This document shows, in pieces, positions 1-16,149 of a stretch of DNA of 64,000 bases. Origin of the DNA: the human T2T-CHM13v2.0 reference genome, Homo sapiens. Below the pieces are notes generated by a model, which made no database searches, was not told where the DNA came from, and saw only the letters and a program-made list of their open reading frames with translations. How positions within the stretch are numbered: position 1 is the stretch's first letter; every line of letters begins with the position of its first letter. The stretch lies in the NCBI RefSeq assembly GCF_009914755.1, contig NC_060930.1; one strand, 5' to 3'. The position numbers and the translations under genes are program-made.

Positions 1-252
1 AGATGAGCTCATTTACAATTTAGTCCTAACCCAAATTTGCCCCAGTTCAAACTCCTCCAGAGGACAACCTGAGAGCACTCACTAGCCAATACTTTCTGAA
101 AAACCTCTACAACAGGGCAACACTCTGAAGACCCTTGGAGATCAGTGGGGAATGGGTTTGAGAGCAAACTGAAGCCACCTTTCAACATAAGTCAAAGTTA
201 ACCAGGCAATTCCTTTCTAGTCACCATGGACAAGTGAAAGCCCCACACCCCT

Positions 253-614
253 TGAGTCAATGGGAAGTCATTTCTTAACTCCCTTTTGAGAAATGCTGCT
301 GGTGATTCAGCACTACATCCTGGCTCACTGGGACACTGTAAGTGAAATTTCCTTTAACAGCCACCCCACCACCTTGTGAAAGGTGAGTTTCCCAGGCTAG
401 AATTACTCATGAGCACTCTTGCTACGAGAGGAGAGAGGGTCAGAGGGTCAGAGGTTCAAGGGAAGTCTTTCCTTCACCAACATCGGAGAGACTCCAGAAG
501 CCTCTTTGAGTCAGTACTGTATAATTTACTATCCAAACTGGGAACGTTTTGAGAATAAAATGTGGCACCACTAATAATTGTGCAGCAACAACAGGTGGAA
601 ATGGGGGAATTTCC
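253..614. promoter_or_regulatory. Candidate enhancer: AP-1, NF-kB, ETS and DR2 motif cluster
   Basis: TGAGTCA at 253-259 and 507-513; GGGAATTTCC at 605-614; GGAAGT at 263-268 and 461-466; GGGTCA-ga-GGGTCA-ga-GGTTCA at 437-458; no recognisable repeat. Motif evidence only. Confidence 0.4.
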
Positions 615-641
615 AGTCAAATCAGAACACAGGATTATTCT

Positions 642-1333
<692 letters not shown>

Positions 1334-1769
1334 TAAGTGTATACTATGTGACATTGTGATATATGCTAGAGATAGTATATTAGCTGTTTTTGCCCCAGAG
1401 ACCTCAGACTAGTAGGGGTAACCAACACACACACACTGGCATTTATAAAGCACTGTGGAGGTCAGGGACCCTGGGGAACACCTAACACACCTTGCAGAGT
1501 CAGAGATAGCATCCCGGAGGAGATACCGACCTATCTATTAATATGTCTTCATTAGGCAATGAAGAAGGCTAACTGAATTCCGGGCTTAAAAATAGCATGT
1601 AGTGTCATTGAAAAACAAAAATATCTAATATTTATGGACCAGTTACTGTGTCCTGGCCATTCTACATGTAATAACTCATTTAGCCCATACTTCTAGGACC
1701 TCCATCTTGCAGATAAGGAAATAGTAAGTAATTTCCAAGATATACCAGTATTAAAACACTAAAAGCATC

Positions 1770-2185
1770 TGTGTCCTTTTCTCTGAATCTTGTTTTGACC
1801 AAGAGTACATGGAAGTGATGCTATGAGACTTCTGAGGCCAGGTTACAAGAGACCAAACAGCTTCTACCTGGTTTTCTGGAACATATGTGTTGGATCTCTG
1901 AGATCCCAATAAAATGCCCACCTACCTGGAAATCACCATGCTGGAGTGGTGACCTGAAGGCACTCCAGTTGACAATCCCTGCTGAGTCCATCTTTCAGCC
2001 ATTGCGGTCCAGGAACCAGGCAAGTGAGAAACCATCATAAAACAGATCCTCCAGACCAGCATAGATGAGCTGTCCCCACTGGCCTTTCTCTGAATCTGGA
2101 CCCACTGAATTTGTAGCCTTAAATATTTCTTGTTTTATACCACTGTTTTAGTGGTTTGCTTCATAGCAATAGTAGTAACCAAGTC
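1770..2185 (+). mobile_element. Old MaLR LTR (MLT1 family)
   Basis: GGAAGTGATGCTATGAGACTTCTGAGGCCAGG and the 3' end TTGTTTTATACCACTGTTTTAGTGGTTTGCTTCATAGCAATAG resemble MLT1F-J LTRs. Confidence 0.7.
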
Positions 2186-2399
2186 ACAAAAACACAGGCC
2201 TAAGCAGGCAATGAAAAAGGATTCAAATCCAGAAAATCTGACATTGAAAACCATTCCTTTAGCTCTTGTTTCCCAAGAAACATAGCTTCTTTGTAGACAT
2301 ACCGGTATCTGTGGTTGCTGACATAGGCAGTTCAGTGCAGAGAGTGATTTGAGATGGATTGGGGGAGAAAACAAGCATCCATCAAGTTATAGAAGTCTT

Positions 2400-2640
2400 T
2401 ATAAACCACATTAAGGAGTGTGGAGCCATAGGAAGCCATTGAGAAATTTTAGAGCAGTAGAATGTTGCACTCAGCTTCATGTTTTAGAGGGATTACTTTG
2501 GTGGAAGAAGATCTTGAGGCAGGCAAGATTGGAGGCATTTAGGCAAGTATTAAAGCAATTCAAGGGAGAAGAAAGCAACAGCAGTGACAAAACAGAGGAG
2601 AACAAAGGGGGAAAATCAAGAAAGAAATAGCAGCTAGACA
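2400..2640 (-). mobile_element. L2 fragment
   Basis: GGAAGCCATTGAGAAATTTTAGAGCAG...CATGTTTTAGAGGGATTACTTTGG is typical antisense L2. Confidence 0.6.
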
Positions 2641-3100
2641 GAGGACAATTGTTGAATGTTGCTTTCTATCTAGTTCCAAAAAATACTCTATAATCATTCA
2701 GTTACCAAATCTGAAGCTAGAGAAAATTTAGAGAGGTACAGATGATTAGGAAAGACCTCCAGAGATGCACCGTAGTCAATATTCAGGGCCACTCTTGCCC
2801 TGTAGACTGAAAAGTTCAGCTACACCCTTTCCTCCCTTTTCCTTCCTTTCCCTTCCCTTGCAGATGGTAGAAAGAGGACAAAGTATGAAAAAAGATTAAT
2901 TATATATAGTCATTTTGAGGAAATATAACTATATTGTCAATAATGAGAGCCAGGTTTCTCACTGTCAAAGAAAGTGAAAGAAAAGTCTGGAAATAAACCT
3001 GAAATTATGAACTGGAATTGCAAGTATTGGAATAAACTTATAGTTTTAGATACATAGATAATAAGTAAATGAATAAATAGATATAGATTTATCCGTGTGT

Positions 3101-3337
3101 GTGTATATATACATATATACATCTGTATGTGTATATATACATATATACATCTGTATGTGTATATATACATATATACATCTGTATGTGTATATATACATAT
3201 ATACATCTCTATGTGTATATATACATATATACATCTCTATGTGTATATATACATATATACATCTCTATGTGTATATATACATATATACATCTCTATGTGT
3301 ATATATACATATATACATCTCTATGTGTATATATACA
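3101..3337. repeat. 28-bp minisatellite (VNTR), 8 full units plus a partial unit
   Basis: Unit GTGTATATATACATATATACATCT(G/C)TAT repeats in exact 28-nt register from 3101. Confidence 0.98.
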
Positions 3338-3716
3338 AAATTTCAATTCTGTTTCCCAAAAGGGCCTAGAAGCAGTGCACCCCAGTGTCAAGGAAGACTC
3401 CGAGAGCAGATCTTGTTTCCAAATACCTTTCTCTGCTAAAAAAAACCAAGCCTCCTTAAACAATGGACTCCAGAGATCAAGTATAGAGAAGGCTCATTAT
3501 AGGCCCAGATATCTTGTTGTCCCAGAAAGCTAGATAGGACACAAAGAATGATGTAAACACTGTCAAAAAGACACAGGCACCAGCTTACAAGGGTTCTTAC
3601 TGACCAAGTCTGGAAAACTTTCAGCATCAGGTTAAATAATGATAATAATGAATTAAAATCCATTGGAAAAAAAATAAAAATTCATGTCTACACTGATATA
3701 AATAAATGACTGAAAC

Positions 3717-3830
3717 GATAGATATCCCAATTACCCTGATTGATCTTTACACATTATACGAATATATCAAATTATCACAAGCATCTCAAAAATATATACA
3801 TCTATTATGTATTTATTTAAAAATAAATAA
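3717..3830 (+). mobile_element. L1MA-type 3' terminal fragment
   Basis: GATATCCCAATTACCCTGATTGATCTTTACACATT...TATTATGTATTTATTTAAAAATAAA matches the L1MA terminus. Confidence 0.75.
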
Positions 3831-3833
3831 GTA

Positions 3834-4187
<354 letters not shown>

Positions 4188-4552
4188 CTAATAAAAATGA
4201 TGGAAACAGAAAATCTTCCTTTGACAATCATGTAAGGGTCATTAATGCAGGTAGGAATCATGAAAGGATGCTAAGCTGATGACCGAGGCTTAATGAGTTA
4301 GAGAGTGTTGGCATAATTTTGAAGTATCTCAATTTAAAAAGTTTATAAATTATAAAAGGGGAAATGGTGATTTTTAAAGCAGTGAAAGCTGACAGCTTCA
4401 CCAGGTGGTCAAGGTTGGCATCACCGGGGGTAGGATGGATGATGATTCTATGCCTCCCTCACATGGTTAGCTCTAAAGGAGCATGTCAACTCTGGGGGCT
4501 TCCTGCTGGTAATGCATGATCTAAGCCTTGTCATAAGAAAACCTTGGAAAGG

Positions 4553-4838
4553 GGCCTGGAGTGGTGGCTCACGCCTGTAATCCCAGTACTTTGGGAGGCT
4601 GAGGTGGGCAGATCACCTGAGGTCATGAGTTTGAGACCAGCCTGGCCAACACGGTGAAACCCTATCTCTACTAAAAATTAGCCAGGTGTGGCAGTGCGTG
4701 CCTGTAATCCCAGCTACTCGGGAGGCTGAGGCAGGAGAATTGCTTCAACCCAGGAGGCGAAGGTTGCAGTGAGCCGAGATCACCTTACTGCATTCCAGCC
4801 TAGGCGACAAAGCAAGACTCAGTCTAAGAAAAAAAAAA
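4553..4838 (+). mobile_element. Alu (AluS-like; linker partly deleted)
   Basis: Dimer flanked by AAGAAAACCTTG(G/C)AAAG at 4535-4551 and 4851-4867. Confidence 0.96.
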
Positions 4839-4848
4839 TTTTTTTTTA

Positions 4849-5179
<331 letters not shown>

Positions 5180-5240
5180 AAGAAAACCTTGCAAAAGCCC
5201 AGGTAGAAGGACATCCTTTCAAGTTAAACACCTATACTCT

Positions 5241-5246
5241 TTCTAT

Positions 5247-5285
<39 letters not shown>

Positions 5286-5583
5286 TTGATATTTGTCTGG
5301 CTCTGTTGCCCAGACTGGACAGCAATGGTGCTATCTCAGTTCACTGCAATTTCCGCTTCCCGGGCTCAGGTGATTCTCCCACCTCAGCCTCCTGAATAGG
5401 TAGGGCTATAGGTGTGCGCCAGGTGTGCGCCAGCCACCACGCCCGGCTAATTTTTGTATTTTTGGTAGAGACAGGTTTTCCCCATGTTGCCCATGCTGAT
5501 CTCAAACTCCTGGCCTCAAGTGATTTGCCCGCCTTGGCCTCCCAAAGTGCTGGGATTACAGCCATGAACCACCACGCACGGCC
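5241..5583 (-). mobile_element. Alu with (ATTT)n tail
   Basis: Dimer; TSD ACCTATACTCT at 5230-5240 and 5584-5594; internal AGGTGTGCGCC duplication. Confidence 0.95.
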
Positions 5584-6164
5584 ACCTATACTCTAACTCA
5601 TCATGATCTTACACCACAGGGAGAGACTGAGGGACTGCTCCAGATTAGAGAAGACTAAAGAGTGGTAAAAATAAGTGTGATGCATGTTTCTGGACCATAA
5701 AGGGAAAAGACACTATTGAGATAGCTATCCAAATTTGAGGGGGTTCTGTGCCTTGGAAAGTAGTGTTTCAATTTACTGATTTGAAGGATTATTTAGGATT
5801 AAGAAGAGAATATCTTTGTTTCTGAGACATGTATGCTGGAATTTTAAGCATTGTGTTAACATGAGATATGAGAGTGCTTTGACCTAACCTTGTACCTTTT
5901 TCATAGGTTTAAAATAATGTTTTTAAAAATCTCACAGGGAATAGGGAAGGAAAAAATAAAAATAGAAAAAAAAAACCTTAAAGAAAAGTTTAAAAACAAA
6001 ACAAAACCTGGAGGAGGATATTTGCAATATATACATATGAGAGAGAGAGAAAAAATATAGGTGCACAGAGATTCCTATAACAGTGGCAAAAATAAACAGG
6101 CATTTTTTTTTGTTGGGGTTGGGGCGGTGTTTTTTTGTTTTGTTTTTTGTTTTTTGTTTTTTTT

Positions 6165-6297
6165 CTGGTTTTTTTTTTTTTTTAGAAATGAAATCTCTCT
6201 GTATTTTCCAGACTTGTCTTGACCTGGTCTCAAGCAATTCTCATGCCTCAGCCTTTCCAGTCACTGGGATTACAGGCGTGCATCACCACACCCGACT
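6165..6297 (-). mobile_element. Alu monomer (FLAM-like)
   Basis: Poly-T followed by one diverged Alu arm ending CACCACACCCGAC. Confidence 0.85.
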
Positions 6298-6530
6298 ATT
6301 AAATAAAAAGGTTTTAATTGATAATATTTTCAAACATTCTATGTGTAACGAGCTCTATGAATACTACAAAGTACAGATGCTAAAATGCTTTGCAGTTTTC
6401 GTTGGTATTTGAATAAATGATAAAAAGAAAATATAAGGAAAAGCAAAGTAAGATAATGGTTTCTAAACTGTCTTTCCCAGAACCTTAAAATTTCTGGGAG
6501 GTCATTCGTCTTCCATAAATATTTAGTTCA

Positions 6531-7150
<620 letters not shown>

Positions 7151-8184
7151 AAATATATATATATATACACTTTCAGATAAATAAAGCAAAAAATTAAAAT
7201 GTATACTTTCAACAATATATGAGAATTCTAATTTAAAAGAAAATCTATACTATACTATACTGAAATAGGTTCTGTACCAAATAGGAACCCACCAACACAT
7301 TAACCTGAGCAGCCAATTTCTCTTACCATTTCTATAAAAATATTTGAATTTAATGTAAATATGTACTTTATTAATAACATACAGCTCTGAGTTTTTTTAA
7401 ATTCAGGATTTCTTCTAAATATGTAAAAATTGCACATTCAGGATACTAATTCCTATCCATATCAACTATTACTTTTAATTGTCAAATTCAAATTTAAAAA
7501 CAGAAATAAATTGAATGGTAAAACTGATAAAACTCTGCAACTATTTTCTGTTACACTTGACTTTTAATATCAATGTTCATAGGAATAGCTTTTGTTAACA
7601 TATCTGACTTTATAAGCAAATACTATGAATGTGACCTTACAACCAAGCATTCTAATAGAATACTGTTTTCATCTGTTGTATATGCTGATTTTTTTCAACA
7701 GATGTCTAGAGAAGAAAATAGTTCTCTTTTTAAAAAGGTTGAAAACCGCTTGTGTTAAGTATTGTTTAAAATAAATTGTGGTACAAGATACATTTTCTCT
7801 TTCATTGTAAGATAAAATAAGAATGATCAATAAGAACATAATATAAAGGCAACTCATCCAAGAGAAGGGTGACCCTAACCCTTTAAATGGCTTGCTTTAC
7901 CAGATAATCTGGAAAAGGGTAGAATTGATGACTGATAATAAAACACAATTATATGTCATTTGGTGTCTTTAGCTCCTTTGTGATACAAGAACCTACACTG
8001 GGTGCATTACATCAAAGACAACTGATTAGCTGTGCATAGACTCTTTCAACATTTGAGAAGCATGTGCTTAATCTATTGGTTTCTCTAACACTTGAAAATA
8101 TGACTCCACAAAATAAAACAGTAAAAACCAAGAAATACTATTTCGTTGTGGGTTCTGCCCCATCAAGTCCTCCTAGAGCATTAG

Positions 8185-8407
8185 AGAATTGTTTTTTAAT
8201 CAAGGCAATTTTGCCAACCCCCTACACCCTTCACCCCTGACATTTGGCAATGTCAAAGACACTTACTTGGCACCACTGAGAGATGCTACCCCATCTAGTA
8301 AGTAGAGTCCAGGAATGCTGCTAAACACCCTACAGTGCACAGGGCATCCCCCACAATAAAGAATTATTCAGCCTAAAATACCAAGTGCTGAGGTTGTGAA
8401 ACTCTGC
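8185..8407. mobile_element. MER20 (hAT-Charlie DNA transposon relic)
   Basis: GACATTTGGCAATGTC...CATCTAGTAAGTAGAGTCCAGGAATGCTGCTAAACACCCTACAGTGCACAGG...AAGAATTAT...GTGCTGAGGTTGTGAAACTCTG. Confidence 0.9.
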
Positions 8408-8518
8408 TTTACAGAGTCAGGGGTAAATTTTAGACTGTTCTAGATTTATTCGTGTGCTTCTAAACTCTTTTCCTTCACCCCTTCTCTGCTTCTTCATAGT
8501 TCTCCAGTGACGAATTGA

Positions 8519-8959
<441 letters not shown>

Positions 8960-9925
8960 TAGTCACTGGAAAGAGAAGCTGGGAAGTTTGTCTGTACTCT
9001 AATCAACTCTTGGCCTTAACTCATTCTTATCTCAGACAGTCAAATTACAAGACAATTGAGTTGACTTCAGTTTCTCTATACCATCACATTCCAATCATGA
9101 ATTCTTTGAGAACACACCAGCTCTCTAAATAAAAACTTGGGAAACACCCTATATTTATCAGGAAGGTGAGTGTCTCTTCACATGAGCATTCTCATCTATT
9201 CTGTGTTGTTTTTTTTACTATATTCAACCATGGAGAGTGTGAACTTCTCTTGACTTAGCTCCCACATTTGAGTACTGTGTTACTGCAACTCTCTATGCTT
9301 AAGTACACTGACAACATACAATACTCAACTAAAAATGCCATTTTATGTGTAATTCTACAGACAAGCATAATGGCATTATGCCCAATACAAACATCTGTGC
9401 CCTCATCTGTATGTGTTCTTTCCAGATTCTCAACTTTTAATAATAGCAGGATGGATGGCTTTTCCTTTTCGTGATTTATCAGTGTTGACCAGACAGAACA
9501 GAATTCATTTTAACTAGATGTCTATGAGATCCTCACAAATGTGAACCTAGTAGTTTTCCACCAATTTCCTTCTGAACTATGTGTGACCTGATGGCACTTT
9601 TCAACAATACACAACATTGGCATGCTTCATTGGATGTTTCTTCTAGGTCAGGACCAAGATTTAAAGGTTAAGATTTATTGAACAAAAATCTTGCAAAAAC
9701 TGTATGTGAGAATTTATTACTCATCTCTTCCTTTTTCACGTTTGCCTCAAGCAGCTGGAGATCACTTTGAATTTTTAAATCTAGGATACTCAATTATCAG
9801 AACAAAATTTGCAGCAGTAAGAGCCGTCAATTATTTTCCATTTAACTATATTTTGAAAAATTTAGAAATGACAAATAATTATTTTTCTTAATTAAACTTG
9901 CAATTATAAAATGGTGGTTACTTCA

Positions 9926-10405
<480 letters not shown>

Positions 10406-11214
10406 TCACAAATACATTTAAGGCTAACATTCTTCACCAACAAGTCCTCATTTATCAGGTTTGGCAGTAGTGGTTAATGATGTTCTGATTAACAGAAGAT
10501 TGATTCTGAAGAAGATATTTATCTACAAAAGATGTTTTTGAGAAAAAGAAATTATTTCCTAATTTGGTAACATCCTATGACACATTCTGACTCATTGAAT
10601 GTAAGAGGCCAATTCCCCAAAAAGCAATTAAATCAAAATAATTTCTACTTATGTAATGAAGATATATAAAATATATACTACACATATATCAATTTAGTCC
10701 AAAAGCAGCACTTCATTTAGAGTCAGTCATTCCTGGTTAATATCCGGTGATAAACTGTATATATATATAGTGCGTGTGTGTATGTGTGTGTGCTTGTATA
10801 ATAGGATCTTCACCCAGCAGTGAATGGTGAAACTGACTGTAATAGAAGTTAACCAGTCTGTGCTCAGATTCTACAAGGAAGTATGCAGAAGCTTATAAGC
10901 CATCCCTAGAGGCTTGCATCACAGGAGGAGGTACCAACAGCTACCAGGAGAGGAGATCTAAAGTAACAGGAACTGGCAAGAGGTGAAGATGGAGGAGAGG
11001 GGTCTCAAAAACAAGCAGAAAACATAAAAGCCATTCTACCAGCAGAGATGACTTCAAATCTTTCCAGCTACAAATCTGAATTGGTTCCAGTGGCTGAGCT
11101 AGGACACAGCATGCTGGTAGAAGTCAAGGGCCTCTTGCTGTGGAGAGGAAAGACCCAGCAAGACTGACAGCTGAGCATAGCTGTGAACCTTGGCTCTGAC
11201 CTAGACTGACCTCA

Positions 11215-11400
11215 GTTTACTTACAGTATGACCTTGAACATTCTTAACCTCTCTGAGTTTAATTCCTTTCCTAAAAATGTGAATAATATTAGTACTAACC
11301 TCACAACGTTGTGAGCCTTAAATGGGATAATACATATGAACAACATGTGATGAACCATATGACACATCATAAACTCTTCATAAGTGCTCATGGTTATAGT
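11215..11400 (+). mobile_element. MIR
   Basis: TGACCTTGAACATTCTTAACCTCTCTGAG...AACCTCACAACGTTGTGAGCCTTAAATGGGATAATACATATGAA (MIR core). Confidence 0.75.
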
Positions 11401-11574
11401 AATAATAATTGTAATTACTATTATTATTATGTCCTGATCCACAAAACAAATAATTGCAGAAACTGTTTGTACCTTAGGTGTGATAGAATGAGCACTGTCT
11501 GTAAAGTCAGGAGATATTTTGTCTAGAACCCGTGTGATGATAGCAAACCTCACTTTTCTGCATGTCATTTTCTT

Positions 11575-12056
<482 letters not shown>

Positions 12057-12182
12057 CTGTGTGTCATTTTCTTTATCCAATTTAATTAGTTAATTTCTAG
12101 AATCACTTCCTTAAACACCTAAGATTTTTTTCTTTTGTCTAAATAAATAAAGGGTCATCATATGGTAGAAGAATTTAACTTA

Positions 12183-12654
<472 letters not shown>

Positions 12655-12659
12655 TTAGT

Positions 12660-13130
12660 ATAATGAAGATTTCTTTGCTGTCAGACAGATTTAGGTTTGA
12701 ATTCCAGTTCTACTATTTCTTGATCACCCTGGATAAACTATGTAACCATCTTTTTCTCATCTGTAAAATGAAGATAATAGTGAATTTTTCCTAAAGTTAT
12801 GGTAAAACTAAAATACAAACATGTATTAAAATAATTTGGCATAATGATTGGCAAATTAAGGCACAAAAATAATAAAGAGCATTGTAAATATTCTTGTACC
12901 TTTTTTGACAATTTTTTAAAAATTGGTAGCAACCGAGGCAAGATATTTATTTCTTGAAGAATTTACAGTTGACCTTGAGTGAGTTATGTAATCTCTTTGA
13001 CCCTTGATTTTGTTATGTATAGAATGGAAAAAGTAGTGCTGCCCAGAATATTGTGGGAATAAAATAAGTCATGAAAGAGGTCCAAGAATAATGCCTGCCC
13101 AAAATAGAGGTTGCTTTATAAGGTAGTTGT
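12660..13130 (+). mobile_element. Two MIR fragments (~12660-12870 and ~12965-13130)
   Basis: GTCAGACAGATTTAGGTTTGAATTCCAG...CTCATCTGTAAAATGAAGATAATAG; TGACCTTGAGTGAGTTATGTAATCTCT. Confidence 0.7.
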
Positions 13131-14171
13131 GAATGCAATTTACCACACTTAACAAAAACATTATTTACATTTAACTATTTGAAGGTATAAATATTTACCC
13201 ATTCTTTAAAATAATCAAATGAACATTGTTGTTCAGAGTTTTCTCTGTTGTTTTAGGGAACAATGGAGTAAGAGAATAAGCAGAGGATTATGAGAAGTGT
13301 TGGAAGATAGCTCTGAGTAGAGTGATGCTGAGCTTAATCTACTTTCCATGATGAGGTCATTTGCACAATAGAGAAAGCATCCATTTGTTTGTAAAGTGAT
13401 CAGATTGTAAGCACCAGGCATTGTTTGTTGAAATATTTCCTTTCACTTGTAGATCTCCAGTCTTTTCTACGCAGCTTGACAAGTGAAGTGGAATGCCAAC
13501 AATCTCCTCTCAACAAGCTCAGAAGATAAAGCAGAGAAGAAAAGAATGTACTTAAAGACGTGGTTCAGGACTTCACACAAATGACACCCACTTAGAAAAC
13601 ACAAACAAACTTTAGCCTTAGCAGAGTCAGGACCAGCCTGAGATCTTTCTGCAGTGAAATTGGGATCGATCTCAGGTTGAAGCCTAGTATATTAATCATG
13701 ATCGGTTGCCTCAATTCACCTAGAAACATACATAAGTTATCTGCTAATGGCTCTACCTAGGTAATTGTTCACAGATCTTCAAATAGTTTTCCAAGAGCAC
13801 CAAGTACATCAAAACCTAAAGTGTGTAAGCATGCAATAGAAAAAGGCTAATCAGTAAGATTGTTAGATGTTACTTACACTTACTTGGTATAAAATTGTGA
13901 TGGCTTCCCACGAACTTCTATGCTGATACTGGCATTGGAAAACAGCTAGATAACTTTTTCAGACACTAAATTCTGATAATCATTGCCTGCCATTATCCAA
14001 ATCCTTATCTTCTTGGCCTTTGCTCTCCCTTTCCCTGTATTAGGCAAGCGAAGAGATTGAAGACAGCAAAGTGCATTGGAAAGAATCCACAAATGCCTTG
14101 TGGCCTGGGACATCTCACAAAAAGCTAATTTGAAAAATGAGCGTAATTCTTACTTCATAAGAATTAATGGA

Positions 14172-14479
14172 GGCCGGGTGCAGTGGCTCATGCCTGTAAT
14201 CCCAGTACTTTGGGAGGCTGAAGTGTGTGGCTCACCTGGGGTCAGGAGTTCAAGACTAGCTTGGCCAACATGGTGAAACTCTGTCTCTACTAAAAATACA
14301 AAAATTAGCCAGTTGTGGCGGCAGGCATCTGTAATCTCAGCTACTCAGGAGACTGAGGCAGGAGAATTGCTTGAACCCAGAAGACGGAGATTGCAGTGAG
14401 CCGAGATCATGCCACTGTACTCCAGCTGCCTGGGTGACAGAGCGAGACCCCGTCTCAAAAAAAAAAAAAAAAAAAAAAA
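14172..14479 (+). mobile_element. Alu (AluS-like) inserted in a MIR remnant
   Basis: Full dimer with A tail; flanks resemble the MIR 3' part. Confidence 0.96.
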
Positions 14480-14553
14480 GAGAATTCATTGAGTTAGTTC
14501 ATGTAAAGTTCTTGGAGTAAGACCTAGCACATGACAGGTGCTATTAAAATTAC

Positions 14554-14683
14554 AGAATCACATATCCCAGTTTGTCTAAGCTCGTCTCAATTTATGCTTG
14601 TTTTCCAGCTTCTCAGTTAGTTTGGTATTTGTCATTCTCAAGGGGTCCTGATTTGAATGATTGATAATTTATGTGCTCAACCT
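14554..14683. mobile_element. MER94-like (hAT-Blackjack)
   Basis: CATATCCCAGTTTGTCT...ATTCTCAAGGGGTCCTGATTTGAATGA...TTATGTGCTCAACCT resembles MER94. Confidence 0.6.
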
Positions 14684-14732
14684 GTGTGAATGTGGTAAAG
14701 CTACTATTATTGTTGTTATTAATAAATTGTAG

Positions 14733-15030
14733 GGCCAGGCGTGGTAGCTCACGTCTGTAATCCCAGCACGTTAGGAGGCTGAGGAGGATGGGTCACCTGA
14801 GGTCAGGAGTTTGAGACCAGCCTGGCCAACATGGCCAAACCCTGTCACTACTAAAAATACAAAACTTAGCTGGGCATTGTGGTGGGTGCCTGTAATCCCA
14901 GCTACTCGGGAGGCTGAGGCAGGAGAATCACTTGAACCCAGGAGGCAGACGGAGGTTGCAGTGAGCTGAGATCACGCCACTGCACTCCAGCCTGGGCGAC
15001 AAGAGTGAAACTCTGTCTCAAAAATAAATA
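14733..15030 (+). mobile_element. Alu (AluSq/Sp-like)
   Basis: Dimer with the GACAAGAGTGAAACTC 3' signature. Confidence 0.96.
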
Positions 15031-15490
15031 AATACATACAGAAATAGTAAACATGTATGTCTAGTAGTTTTGTGGAATCTTGCTTATAAATGCACATTAC
15101 ATGTTGAGCTATTAATACGTGCTACCATGTCCTAGAGTCAGAAAAGTGTAATAAAAAAGCTAATTCTTGGACATTTACTTGCTGTGTGATTTGATAAAAG
15201 TTACCTACCCTTTCTCAAACCCAAATCCTGTGCAGTAAAGCCAGATAATATATAGCCAGTGACCTATTGGTTGTAAGAATCTAGTGATATATAATGTATG
15301 TGAAAATGTTTTGTAATTTATAGCACTTGATATAAATGAAACAAATTCTTAAACTAAAATTCAACTTAAGGTATTATGTTTCGATAAATACCATATTTAC
15401 CTGGCTTAATACTTCCACAAATATTCTATGTACCTAATGTTTCAGATATATTACTGGATTTACAATATTCATTTAGAAAAAAAGCATCAC

Positions 15491-15628
15491 ACGATGCAGT
15501 GGTGCAAGCCTGTAGTCAGTCCCAGCTACTTGGAAGGCTGAAGTGGAAGGATCACTTGAGCCTAGGAGCTCAAGGTCAGCTAGGCAAGATAGTAACTTCT
15601 GTCTCAAATAAATAAATTAAATAAATAA
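15491..15628 (+). mobile_element. Alu monomer (FLAM-like)
   Basis: Single arm ending GTCTCAAATAAA. Confidence 0.85.
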
Positions 15629-15739
15629 GCATCAAGGGGTCAAAATGAACCGCTTGCCCAACCATGCACTAAGAACTCTAGAACTCAGTTCTTCCTGCTT
15701 CTTGACTGGCTTTGGGCACTTGAATAGACACAATAGAAT

Positions 15740-15970
15740 TAGTAGTTAGGTGCATGGGCTTAAGTCTTTGCTTTGCCATTAGTGAGTTGAGTAGCGTTAA
15801 GCAGGTTATTTAATAATTCTAAGATCTCAATGGGGTAAAACTATTATTACACAAAATTATTATTCTGAGACATAAATGAGATCATGATTATACAAGTCTT
15901 AGCACACAAGCCTTAGCACAGTGACCTTGATATGTCTGACACATAGTAAAATATGAATAAATGTTAGCTA
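15740..15970 (+). mobile_element. MIR
   Basis: TAAATGAGATCATG...CTTAGCACAG...TCTGACACATAGTAA...AATAAATGTTAGCTATT. Confidence 0.65.
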
Positions 15971-16149
15971 TTGTGTATAATTTTTTTGAACTTCTTAGCA
16001 AAGCTCTGAGGTGAGCTCAATATCTCTATTAGACTGTATTTTTATCATTGTGGAGCAGGAAGAGGTCAACAAACAGATGACTAGCTCCTGACAGTAAGAA
16101 AATTCTAAATGGTATCTTGTGGTTGGCAGGAAGACAGCTGTTGACCCAG

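Noticed and set aside
3101-3337. Regular 28-bp repeats as a possible CRISPR array
   Set aside because: The units are head-to-tail with no unique spacers, there are no cas genes, and the DNA is primate.
2937-3533. Overlapping Y/I/C/M-rich ORFs on both strands
   Set aside because: They arise from the 28-bp VNTR, which has no stop codons.
7321-7345. Apparent minus-strand 5-nt microexon (TTTTTATAG-AAATG-GTAAGA)
   Set aside because: It is not frame-preserving, has a weak pyrimidine tract and no supporting gene context; expected by chance.
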